Below are positions 13,019-24,813 of a DNA stretch of 64,000 bases, one piece after another (positions within the stretch are counted from its first letter, which is position 1; each line of letters starts with the position of its first letter). The notes below the pieces were generated by a model. That model did no database searches. It saw only the letters and a list, made by a program, of their open reading frames with translations, and was not told the origin of the DNA. The position numbers and the translations under genes were made by a program. Source of the stretch: Octopus bimaculoides (lineage: Eukaryota); the NCBI RefSeq assembly GCF_001194135.2, contig NC_068993.1, forward strand, positions 32,628,270 through 32,692,269, read 5' to 3'.

Positions 13019-13758
13019 ATATACTGTGTCCTTGCATATTAGGTGAGTATTTCGGAAGTATTTTCATCTTTTAAACAAAAGCTGTCAAATACATTCGAAT
13101 ATGTTTTTCAATTGAAACACTCTGAATCATTTTGGAAATTTATTGTTTTAATAAAATATGGAATATCGCATGGGGGACGCAGCACAAGAATGGTTGCACA
13201 AGGAACAGGGGGTGGAAATAAGGAATCAAAATCGTGCAAGGATGAGATAGAGAAGAAACGAAATAATCCAAGAGTAGATGGGGCATTTTCTACAGCATAG
13301 GAGGGAAAGAAATCAGCAAAGGATTGAATGAATGAGCCAGGACCAAAGAGAAGTGTACTTTCAAAATAAGAGAGATAGAGATCAACAGAATCGAGAACAT
13401 ATGAATCAAGAGCAAAGGTAGATGTGCTTAGAAAATATGAGAAACAGAGCTGGATCTCTCTCGGCATACCAACAAACCACAAAATCACACCAGCCAGCAT
13501 CACCACCACCTCCAAGCCCGTCATGCATGCATGTCTCATCCTTGCACGATTTTGATTCCTTATTTCCACTTCCTGTTACTCACACAACCATTCTCGTGCT
13601 GCATCCCTCATGCAATATTCCATATTTTATTAAAATAATAAATTTCCAAAATGATTCAGCGTATTTCAATTGAAAAACATATATGAATGTATCAGTTTTT
13701 GTTTAAAAGGTGAAAATATTTCCGAAATACTCACCCAATATGCAAGGACACAGTATAT
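13019..13758. mobile_element. Foldback element/MITE with ~225-bp TIRs and TA flanks
   Basis: atactgtgtccttgcatatt...gatgaga arm (13021-13247) is the reverse complement of 13535-13756. Confidence 0.85.
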
Positions 13759-13794
13759 AGTACATACATGCATGTATATATGTATGTATATATT

Positions 13795-14015
13795 TATGTG
13801 TGTGTGTTTGTGTCTGTATTTGTCCCCCCACCACCATTGCTTGACAATCGATGTTGGTGTGTTTGCATCCCTGCAACTTAGCTGTTCAGCAGAAAAGACC
13901 GATAGAATAAGCACCGGGCTTACAGGGAATAAGTCCAGGGGTCAATTTCTACGACTAACGGGTGGTGCTCCAGCATAGCCACCACCAAATGACTGAAACA
14001 AGTAAAAGAATAAAA
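13795..14015 (+). mobile_element. SINE family A 3' half
   Basis: gcttgacaatcgatgttggtg...ggtgctccagcat...gactgaaacaagtaaaagaa. Confidence 0.7.
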
Positions 14016-14189
14016 GAATACGAGAAAAACGTTCGGTACCACTAAACCAAGAAGGTTCTCTGAATATGTACGATGTGTTTTAAGGCTAAATAATAATTCT
14101 GTTTACATTTGCATAACAGATATTTTGGTTGGATTATATAGTTATCAGTTTTACACTTCTTTCTATATTCTGTAACTGTCGCGATATAC

Positions 14190-14375
14190 TTTTCTGCAAC
14201 AGGCACAAGTTCTGAAATTTGGGAGTGGGGCAGTTAATTAGATCAACCCCAGTACGCAACTGGTACTTAATTTATCGCCCCCAAAAGGATGAAAAGCAAA
14301 GTCGACCTCAGCAGAATTTGAATTCAGAACGTAAAGACAGACAAAACACTGCTAAGCATTTTGCCCAAACATTTT
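14190..14375 (-). mobile_element. SINE family B copy
   Basis: ccccagtacgcaactggtacttaatttatcg...ggatgaaaagcaaagtcgacctcagcagaatttgaattcagaacgtaaagacag. Confidence 0.75.
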
Positions 14376-14464
14376 TGGGGGATCGAGTAGCATGTGCTCA
14401 TCACAGTCTGGTAGGGGCCTTTATTGTTGCGGTCATAGTACTGACGCTAAATACTTTTACATAT

Positions 14465-14880
14465 NNNNNNNNNNNNNNNNNNNNNNNNNNNNNNNNNNNN
14501 NNNNNNNNNNNNNNNNNNNNNNNNNNNNNNNNNNNNNNNNNNNNNNNNNNNNNNNNNNNNNNNNNNNNNNNNNNNNNNNNNNNNNNNNNNNNNNNNNNNN
14601 NNNNNNNNNNNNNNNNNNNNNNNNNNNNNNNNNNNNNNNNNNNNNNNNNNNNNNNNNNNNNNNNNNNNNNNNNNNNNNNNNNNNNNNNNNNNNNNNNNNN
14701 NNNNNNNNNNNNNNNNNNNNNNNNNNNNNNNNNNNNNNNNNNNNNNNNNNNNNNNNNNNNNNNNNNNNNNNNNNNNNNNNNNNNNNNNNNNNNNNNNNNN
14801 NNNNNNNNNNNNNNNNNNNNNNNNNNNNNNNNNNNNNNNNNNNNNNNNNNNNNNNNNNNNNNNNNNNNNNNNNNNNNNNN
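14465..14880. other. Assembly gap (N)
   Basis: Run of N. Confidence 1.
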
Positions 14881-15177
14881 ATTTTCGAGCGAGATCGTTG
14901 CCAGTGCCCCTGGACTGGCTCTTGTGCGGGTGGCACATAAAAGACACCATTTTGAGCGTGGCCGTTGCCAGTACCGCCTGACTGGCCCTTGTGCGAGTGA
15001 CACGTAAAAGCACCCACTACACTCTCTGAGTGGTTGGCGTTAGGAAGGGCATCTAGCAGTAGAAACTCTGCCAAATTAGATTGGAGCCTGGTGTTGCCAT
15101 CCGGTTTCACCAGTCCTCAGTCAAATCGTCCAACCCATGCTAGCATGGAAAGCGGACGTTAAGCGATGATGATGATA
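14881..15177 (+). mobile_element. RTE LINE 3' UTR and tail, young copy cut by an assembly gap
   Basis: Near-identical to 22600-22890; ends in (GAT)n. Confidence 0.8.
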
Positions 15178-15328
15178 CACAACTAGTCTGTTTATGATGA
15201 AATTCCAATGAAGGAGCCTTTGGTCTGGGGTTACAAACCAGGTCTTTCTCTATTGAACAAACCTAGAAATAAACTAAATAATAGCATCCATACATAGCAA
15301 GTTTGCATACATGCATACACACACACAA

Positions 15329-15364
<36 letters not shown>

Positions 15365-15449
15365 ACTCACACAAATACAAAAACAACAAATTTCTGCAAA
15401 AGTGAGATAAAGCTCCTAAATCCAATAAAATGAAAAATATAATATTCAC

Positions 15450-15576
15450 CCAGAACACTGTTATCATCCATGTTGAGTGATGTTCCAGTCATGATACTGT
15501 CTGTTTCGACAGCATCAAGAGCAGCTTCTCGAGCAGCCTGTATATCTCGTTCAAGTTGACTTAAATGTTCATCATA
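15450..15576 (-). CDS. TAF1: TAF1 exon 27, YDEHLSQLERDIQAAREAALDAVETDS...SVL
   Basis: 127 nt, phase 0/1; similar to YDEHLTQLEKDI. Confidence 0.95.
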
Positions 15577-15928
15577 CTGCAAATTAATAATAACACAATT
15601 AAAGCAAAGTTAACAGCATTGAAATCATTGCACATACACACACATGCACACGCAAGCCTGCATACACACATATCTATATATATACAGAGAGAAAGAGACA
15701 GCATTACATGCATACACAATATATATACAAATATATCATCATCATTATAATCCTTTAATGTTTGTGTTTCATGCTGGCTTGGGTTGGACAGTTTGACAGG
15801 ATCCAACAAGTTGGAGGACTACATCAAATTCCAATGTCTGCTTTGGTATTATTTCTACAGCTGGATACCCTTCCTAATACCAACCAAGTGGGGAGGTGAA
15901 GAACACCAGTATAATAAAACCATAGATG

Positions 15929-15977
<49 letters not shown>

Positions 15978-16550
15978 NNNNNNNNNNNNNNNNNNNNNNN
16001 NNNNNNNNNNNNNNNNNNNNNNNNNNNNNNNNNNNNNNNNNNNNNNNNNNNNNNNNNNNNNNNNNNNNNNNNNNNNNNNNNNNNNNNNNNNNNNNNNNNN
16101 NNNNNNNNNNNNNNNNNNNNNNNNNNNNNNNNNNNNNNNNNNNNNNNNNNNNNNNNNNNNNNNNNNNNNNNNNNNNNNNNNNNNNNNNNNNNNNNNNNNN
16201 NNNNNNNNNNNNNNNNNNNNNNNNNNNNNNNNNNNNNNNNNNNNNNNNNNNNNNNNNNNNNNNNNNNNNNNNNNNNNNNNNNNNNNNNNNNNNNNNNNNN
16301 NNNNNNNNNNNNNNNNNNNNNNNNNNNNNNNNNNNNNNNNNNNNNNNNNNNNNNNNNNNNNNNNNNNNNNNNNNNNNNNNNNNNNNNNNNNNNNNNNNNN
16401 NNNNNNNNNNNNNNNNNNNNNNNNNNNNNNNNNNNNNNNNNNNNNNNNNNNNNNNNNNNNNNNNNNNNNNNNNNNNNNNNNNNNNNNNNNNNNNNNNNNN
16501 NNNNNNNNNNNNNNNNNNNNNNNNNNNNNNNNNNNNNNNNNNNNNNNNNN
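15978..16550. other. Assembly gap (N) following (AT)n
   Basis: Run of N. Confidence 1.
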
Positions 16551-18881
16551 GTAAATAAACAGACAAGAGTTCTTAAACAGACAAGAAATTCTCAGCCAGC
16601 GATGAACATCTGTATAACAAGAATCACGGCCCGGCATCGATGCCACGACATCACAACTAGTGATCAGCACTGCCACACTCAGCCTCTCCTCACTTTCACA
16701 TACAGAACTTTTCCTATAGTGTACTAACGATCTGGTATAATTGCTCACGTGTTATTGACTCTCTTTCCATCTGCTGTAATAACTCACATACACACATGTA
16801 TCACTCACATACACACTTTTCTTTGCATGATGGCCTGTCTTTAATTATGTTATTATATGTCACATTCACACTCTCACACAGACATACATCTTTAACGCTA
16901 CAATAAATATATCTGTTATTCATCTAATACGGTTGTGGTCTTTCATTGCTGGTCATCTATGTTATCGTCGCATAACATATCATGTATATCATCCATTGAT
17001 ATATATATTTGTATGTTCGACCGTGTGACGCGTTTAAATAAAAGGAGTCCTGTTTTTCCATTCGTCACCATTTCTCCTTTTATGAGTTCGCACGGTCGTC
17101 CCTTACATATATATAGGTCTTCAATTTATTTATGAATGTGAAAAAGAAGAAAATGGAGAAATTGGCATATACATTGGATATTCAAATCAATATAGTATGA
17201 AATTTTTATCCATACAGACATTTCCATAGCCAATTAAGTCAATTAGAGAAATTAAATTAAATTAATTTAAAATTTTCATATTGCAACTGGTTAATTGGAT
17301 ATTTAGAAACGTTTCTGCAAAAGTGAGATAAATAGTACAATAGTAATGTTCTTGGAATAAAATGTTAGTAAGAAATGTATACTTAAGTCATCTAGTGTAC
17401 AAGGGGAAACAACCCAAGTTAAATCCCATCTCAACCTCTGGAATATAGGTAACTTGGTAAAAAGTAATCATACCAAATGGAATGATACAAAACAGAATAA
17501 TAATATGAGTAGTAATGAAAATATATTTTGTGTTTGTAAAGTTAGAAGTAAATGTTTATTTAAAAATTATTGTAGCAGTTCGACAAAAGAGATCAATAGA
17601 ATAAGTACTAGGCTTCTAAAGAATAAGTCCTGGGGTCGATTTACTCGACTAAAGGCGGTGCTCCAGCATGGCCACAGTCAAAAGACTGAAACAAGTAAAA
17701 GAGTAAAAGTGTAAAGAGTAACCAAAAAACTGTTGTTTACAGCTGTAAAGTGAAATCTGAAAGAAAGAGTTTCTTTTACATAGAGCAACATGCAATTTTA
17801 TCAAGAAATGCATCTCTAATCACATTTACACCTTTAATAATAGGAACAGATCTTCTTGTACCAGCCTCAGTAAATTTATTTGGGACTTGAACAACAAGAA
17901 AAAAAAAATTTTCAGTGGAGTGGGAGATTGTAAGCAAGGCTGCTGCTTATAAGGTTGGAAATTCCTTTTGCTTTCTCTGGCTCGAAGAATTATATCAAGT
18001 CCTATATTCCAGGCAGTGCCTCTTAAATACAAGGATTGAGACTGGTTTTTCATATGTTCATGCATGTAAATGGGCTTTCAAAAACTACCATTAGATATGT
18101 TATTACGATGAATAAATTAATTATATGTTAAAGCTACTTGTACTTTGAATAGGGATGTAAGTCATGTTTAGCACACTAACATCTGTAACCATATGAATAA
18201 AGAATTCTTAGTAGATATCATAGAAATGTTTAAATATTATATTAAAATATTAATATTTAAATATTAATATTTCATCTTAAATACGAGGAAGGAGACTGAT
18301 TTTTCATGTATTCACACATGTATATGGGTGTTCAAAAACTGCCATCAGTTAAATTACTATTATAAATAATTATATATTAAAGCTACTGGAACTTTGAATC
18401 TGTCGATACTTCATGTTTCATTACACTAGCATCTGTAAATATAAGGATGTAAGATTGCTTAGCTGATATAATATTGATATAAAAATACTAATTAAATAAT
18501 AAAGATGTATATTAGATTTTCTGCACAGGTAGCAGCATAATATGTGGTTCCTATAGATGTAATTAAGCACATTTCTCATGAATATACCATTGATATTTTA
18601 TAATATAATTCATTAAACTAAATTAAAGATAAAACATGTTAATTTTGTAGTAGTTGTAGCTTTAGTAATTTAAGTTTTTTAATTAAATTTCTATCAATTA
18701 GATTTGGTAACGTTTACGTTTTCCTTTGTTTACATGGTTTGTACTGACCATAACTATTGCACACAGATATAGATGATGCAATACTCTAATATGGTAATTA
18801 ATAAGCAGTTTTTAATACGTCATATTTTTCATTGTCTCTAATATTTTAACAAACGCACACACAATTACATGATGAATGTTA

Positions 18882-18915
<34 letters not shown>

Positions 18916-18999
18916 ACACCTAGTTCACCCTAGCTGCAACATCACCACCAATAACAACTATTATGCATTACAAACGCATGCACACAACTATTTCAAATA

Positions 19000-19040
<41 letters not shown>

Positions 19041-19978
19041 TCAAAACATTTTTTTTTAAATGCATACATTGCCAAAACACACACATTTGAGTTTGACATG
19101 GGTCAATCAACACATTGGAATGTAACTCCTTTCTGGTAAATTCTCCCCTGATGAAATATCCAATTGACCAGTTGCAATATGAAAATTTTAGATTAATTTA
19201 ATTTTAATTTCTCTAACTGAATTAATTGGCTATGGAAACGGTTGTATGGATAAGAATTTGATATTATATTGATTTGAATATCTTTGAATAAACAGATGTC
19301 CATATGTAAATTTCTCCATTTTCTTCTTTTTCTCATTCATAAATAATTTAAATACCCATATCAAATAATGCAAAACCAACGTATTTAGTTTTTCACTGAA
19401 CACGAGAGAACTAGAATGCAAACATCCCTTAAAGGATTATAGGTCCTTGGCATTATTATATATATATACAAAGTCATAATTGACAGAGAAATAGTTTGAT
19501 GAAATATTATCTAATGATAAGAAAATTCTAATATCATGACAAATTGTTTCATAACTTAAAAACATGCAAATAATTTATAGTAGTATCGTTTTCTTATTTT
19601 ATCACATCATATATTCTATATGTTTTGTAGAATGATACATTAAGGAGCTTTTTTTTATGAGTACTACTGAATTACTTGAATCCATATATTGTGACTTAAA
19701 TTTAAATATATATATATGAAATCAAAATATGCAACAGGATATCAAGTAGTAATGTAGTATGACCATTTCAAGCAGCTCCATTTAATTGAACAAAGCAATC
19801 ATTACATCAATTTAAATTCAGTGCCATCTTCAGCTGCACAAATAAATAAATGGAATTTTAACAAGTAGGACACATTAATATAATTTTTCTTAAATATTTT
19901 AACAGAGCAAGATAGAAGAAATTCATGTTGTTGCTATTGTAGCTAAGAACAGACTACAACTTCTAAGAATCACATGGA

Positions 19979-20013
<35 letters not shown>

Positions 20014-20484
20014 CATTCATTTTGCATCTGTTTCTTCTTGCAAGCTTGGGTTGAAAGAGGGTTGTTTTGAGGTGGGACTTTTACAGCTGGTCACTCTCAC
20101 AGTTTCAATGACCACCCACCACTTAAATATACAGCAGACAGAGGCCAACACTTCACTGGTGTAAGAGCAGTAACATTGTCAAAATGACAAGTGTTTCATA
20201 AGGACACTCTACTAAATTCATATTCCCTATGGAAAACAAGGATTCCAGGAAATATTCTGCAATGTGGAAAAAGACTGATTTCTAGGCCTTAGATCTAGAT
20301 GGATGTCTTCAAGAGGATCCTGTCAGAAATCCCTTCTTTGGCTGTAGAGGTTCTGAACCAAAGTTGAACACATCTTTAACAAGTCCTCATGGCAAACACA
20401 TGGCAAACACATGGTAGAAATATTCAATGAAAAATAAAAACACCAACAAAAAAAGAAAGAAAGAAATATTAAAATGAAACTTGC

Positions 20485-20637
20485 TTCAGAAAGATTTTCT
20501 CTGGCCACATCTACAATTCTCTTGGCAGTATTAGTGTAGCTACTGTCAGGTCCATTGTACTTGACACTGTTAGCAAATATCAACTCCACGTCCTCGATGA
20601 ATTGGTCTCGATGCTGATACTTATGTAACTGTACATT
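20485..20637 (-). CDS. TAF1: TAF1 exon 26, NVQLHKYQHRDQFIEDVELIFANSVKYNGPDSSYTNTAKRIVDVARENLSE
   Basis: 153 nt; ends at a GCAAGT donor required by phase and homology. Confidence 0.95.
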
Positions 20638-20859
20638 CTGGAATTGGATAAAACATTATAAAAGATTTAATATTTTGAGATGACTTCACTATCCCATAAC
20701 AGGACAAATATATGCACAAGCATCACAAAACTGTTATGATTTTGGGATGATAACAGATGAGGGAACATCATGTCCATATCTTGTTTGTGAATTTTCTATG
20801 TTTGCTTTGTTGTCTTTTCTATGTTTTTTGACTCACACAAACACACACACACACACAAT

Positions 20860-21010
20860 GGGTTTCTTTCAGCTTCCATGTGCCAAATCCGCTCACAAGG
20901 CTTTGGTCAGCCCAAGACTATAGCAGAAGATACTTGCCCAGAGTGTCACGCAGTGGGAATGAACCCGGAACAATTTGGTTGGGAAGTAAGCTTCTTACTA
21001 CACAGCCATG
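20860..21010 (-). mobile_element. SINE family A head
   Basis: ctttcagcttcc...acaaggctttggtc...gggaatgaacccggaac...cacagcc. Confidence 0.7.
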
Positions 21011-21026
21011 CCTGTACATGTATGTA

Positions 21027-21065
<39 letters not shown>

Positions 21066-21675
21066 AAATCAAAATAAGCAACACGGATTTTAAAGATGAT
21101 TGCAGTACGCACGTTTCATGCTACTCCATTTATTTAAGTAATGCGAGCATTACATTAAATGCAATGCATGAATGTATATATGATGGTCTTCTATACAGTG
21201 TTTATGTACCAATTTCATTCACAAGGCACTAATCAGCCTAGAACGATATAGTAATACACATACACAGAATTGTGAGCAGGAGGAATTTTCACCAGTTCAC
21301 ACAAAGCAGTTGCTAAAATGTGTTCTTAAAATGCGAACTGGTAGTTCACTTTTGATTAGAGAGCCCTATAAGATCAATTACCACGCAGTCAAATAACTTT
21401 TATTGTACAGGAATGTTTATATCTACTGCATTACTATATATGCTATGTGCACATACTGTGTATATTTAAGACCAGCACCTAGCACCTTGAATATCTCAAG
21501 TGGATACCATTTTGTTGCAAGCATTCAGTCCAGGCCTTGAGACTGAGGACATCTCCCTCCTTCCCCACCCACTGCTCTCAGAGGCTCCATAAAGGGTCAT
21601 AGGTATTGTGCTCTCTCCTGACTAGTGTTATTTAGAGCAATTACTGTTACATTTTTTGTACATTTGCTTACTGAC

Positions 21676-21768
21676 CTTAAGTAGGGTGCTAAGGTCCATT
21701 GGTTTCTTAATGACTTCATAATAATCTTTAACAGATTTCTTGTTAACTGGTTGGTGGAATGGCCACGA
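21676..21768 (-). CDS. TAF1: TAF1 exon 25, [31 protein letters not shown] (bromodomain 2)
   Basis: 93 nt, phase 0/0; WPF shelf motif. Confidence 0.98.
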
Positions 21769-22217
21769 CTGAAATAAGAAATAAAAAGAGAAAGAGATAA
21801 AAAGAAAACAGTTATAATCGGAAAAAACAAATATGTTGCTGTTGTTGTGGCATGGCTTGAGGTCAGCCTTAATCAAGCAGGTCTAGGATCAAAGACATTC
21901 TAGCCATAGTCATCAAATCTATATATTACCAAATGAGTGTAATATAAATTATGGAAAGTGTCATTCCTTTTATTTAAATAGTATGGTGTGATTTGAATAA
22001 GAACTGGCTGTTAATTCTAGTAGATCAAGCAACCACAACATATTCTCCTCTATTGGCTTGTTGTTATTGTTGATTTTATTGTTGTTTTACATCTATTTCC
22101 ACCACACATCCAACCGTAGAAATCATGCCAAATCAGATTGGAGTCTGGTGCAGCCTTCCAGCTTGCCAGCCCTGGTCAAACCATCCAACCCATGCCAGCA
22201 GGGACAACGGACATTAA

Positions 22218-22248
<31 letters not shown>

Positions 22249-22409
22249 GTGCCCTTAGCTGTCCAAGACCAGTGTCATAAACACAATGTTCTGCCTGAAT
22301 AATTACAAGTTGATGACTACAGAAAGAACCTGGTTTAGGGGTAAATGATAGTGGGTCAATAAAAGACTGAGCAGAGTGGTTTGAATGTGTGAAGATCTGA
22401 ATGTTAGCG

Positions 22410-22890
22410 AAATCAGGATAACACCTGTGCCCAGCATCACCTTTCTGGCACTTGTGCCCATGACATGTGTAAGGATTTTCGAGCGAGATCGTTGCCAGTG
22501 CCCCTGGACTGGCTCTTGTGCGGGTGGCACATAAAATACACCATTTGAGCGTGGCCGTTTCCAGTACCGCCTGACTGGCCTTCGTAGGATTTTCGAGTGA
22601 GACCGTTGCCAGTGCCCCTGGACTGGCTCTTGTGCAGGTGGCACATAAAATACACAATTTTGAGCGTGGCCGTTGCCAGTACCGCCTGACTGTCCTTCAT
22701 GCGGGTGACACGTAAAAGCACCCACTACACTCTCTGAGTGGTTGGCGTTAGGAAGGGCATCCAGCTGTAGAAACTCTGCCAAATCAGATTGGAGGCTGGT
22801 GTTGCCATCCGGTTTCACCAGTCCTCAGTCAAATCGTCCAACCCATGCTAGCATGGAAAGCGGACGTTAAACGATGATGATGATGATGAT
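22410..22890 (+). mobile_element. RTE LINE 3' UTR with tandem GC-rich monomers and (GAT)n tail
   Basis: Homologous to the 3' UTR of 24814-25961; internal 114-bp duplication (22472 vs 22586). Confidence 0.8.
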
Positions 22891-23699
22891 GAGTGAGAAA
22901 GAAGCTTATTCAGGTTGAGTTCATTGGCTGTCTGTGTTTCACTGTTACAATTCATCACATATATAACATATACAACATACGGCTATCCACACTTCATAGT
23001 CACATTTCATCACATATATGATGTATATATAGTATATATATGTCGCATAACTATCCATATTTCACAGCTATATTACATTATATATGACAATGTATGTCAC
23101 ATAGCTGTCTATATTTCATCATATACCTAACAAATACATTATATTGTAGTTGTCCATATTTCAATTACATTACATCATGTATACAATATATACATCACAT
23201 GGCTCTCCCATGTTTTCCTACAAATATTATTGAAATAAAATTCAGAGTAGGCTTGAACTTCTAACAAACAAAGTCTTCACTCAGGTTTCAATTTCTAGTT
23301 AAAACTATTTCATTTTACTCAGACCACTAATGTTTCCAGGAAGCATGTGAGCTAAATAGTGTCACTACATAGTCAATGGATCAATTAGAAATAGCAGCCA
23401 TTTCTCCTTCAAACCACACCATATTGTCCTAAATAATGAGAGGACATCCCATTTTTTTAATATATCTAGGAGTACACTATCTGATGAGTATATATATATG
23501 AGAACATTATCTTTCCTTTTTAAGATGGTAGAATCTAATGATACACAAGGAAGATTTGTCAGATATTTCTGGCAGGTCTAGTTACCATGATGAGGCTTCC
23601 TCACCAGTGAAGTTCAGTAACAATATGGTGAGTTTGAAGAGAAAAATATCTTTGAAATAAAAACAGAACAAAAGAAGTAAAAAAACCACAAAGACTTAC

Positions 23700-23822
23700 A
23701 TTTTCAACAATCTTCATTTTTTGTTGAATAATATTTTCTAAAATAAATGAGAATGCAACTTGGTCATCATCATCTAATAATGGGTTGATTGCTTTCTCCA
23801 GACGCATCAACTTTTCTTCTTT
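23700..23822 (-). CDS. TAF1: TAF1 exon 24, [41 protein letters not shown]
   Basis: 123 nt, phase 0/0; [22 protein letters not shown] as recalled for human. Confidence 0.98.
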
Positions 23823-23874
23823 CTGTAATAAAGTTGTTTAAAATATTTTAAAGATTATTTATAATAATAATAAT

Positions 23875-24080
23875 TTTAATTTTGGCACAATGCCAGCAAT
23901 TTTGAGGAGATGGGGAATAGTTAACGTCATCAATCCCAGTAACTGGCACTATATTTTACTGATCCTGGAGGGATGAAAAGCAAAGTTGACTTAGTAGGAT
24001 TTGAACTCAGAATGAAAAGAGTCACATGGAACACCACAAGGTATTTTTTCTGACACTAACAATTCTGCTAGTTGCCACAA
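23875..24080 (-). mobile_element. SINE family B copy
   Basis: ggatgaaaagcaaagttgacttagtaggatttgaactcagaatg. Confidence 0.65.
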
Positions 24081-24813
24081 AGGTGAAAGATGAGAGACAT
24101 TGCAAAGACAAATACAAAATGCAGGGGTTTTTTTTTAATCCAGTGAGGAGGGGGGGGGGGAAACAACAACAACAACATTAATTTAAACAGAGTAGAAAGA
24201 CAAAGACAGCTAAATAAAATTTAGTTGTAATTATTTTCATTGTTATTTTCTTAAATAAAATTTTCAACCATAAAGTCATTTTCAATAGTTTAATAATAAG
24301 GAAAATCAACTGCCTCTGTGAAGGCCCATGAGGACAACCTCAAAATTTTGTTGCTGTTTTGTTTTCTTTCTTTCCATTTTGTTTAAACTGAATCGAAGTA
24401 TGATGGTTGATTTCCCGTTTCATTGTACGTTCAATCGCATGCATCTCCCATTTTCAACCTTACTGCAGTCACGCCAGCTCTGCTCTCAAGCTGTTTTAAC
24501 AGCTATATACTTCAACCAGTGCTTTTCCTCATAATAGCTACCTTTGAAGCTATAAATCAACTCAGAGATGATGAAAAATCACCGTCATACATTTTTGCAG
24601 CTATGTGCCAACCAGTTTAATCAACTCCTGTAAATGTGATGTTCTTGTAATTTGACATTGTCTGTTTTACATGAAGCCATGTACAATTGTAGCAATAAAT
24701 ATGTATATAAATTACCACTCAGGAACAATAAACATTGAAAATGTACAGAGAACAACTTCTGCCACATTCCAGGGAGAAAAACTAGAAGTAGTTCATAGCT
24801 TCTGTTACCTTTG

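Noticed and set aside
14219-16748. Long ORFs of 180-300 aa in the track
   Set aside because: They run through N gaps (X residues) and microsatellites; artefacts
22470-22730. CRISPR-like array of palindromic repeats
   Set aside because: No unique spacers, no cas genes, eukaryotic context; the units belong to an RTE 3' UTR
24380-24640. Coding-looking stretch between exons 23 and 24
   Set aside because: Stops in the frames I read; TAF1 homology is continuous across this intron
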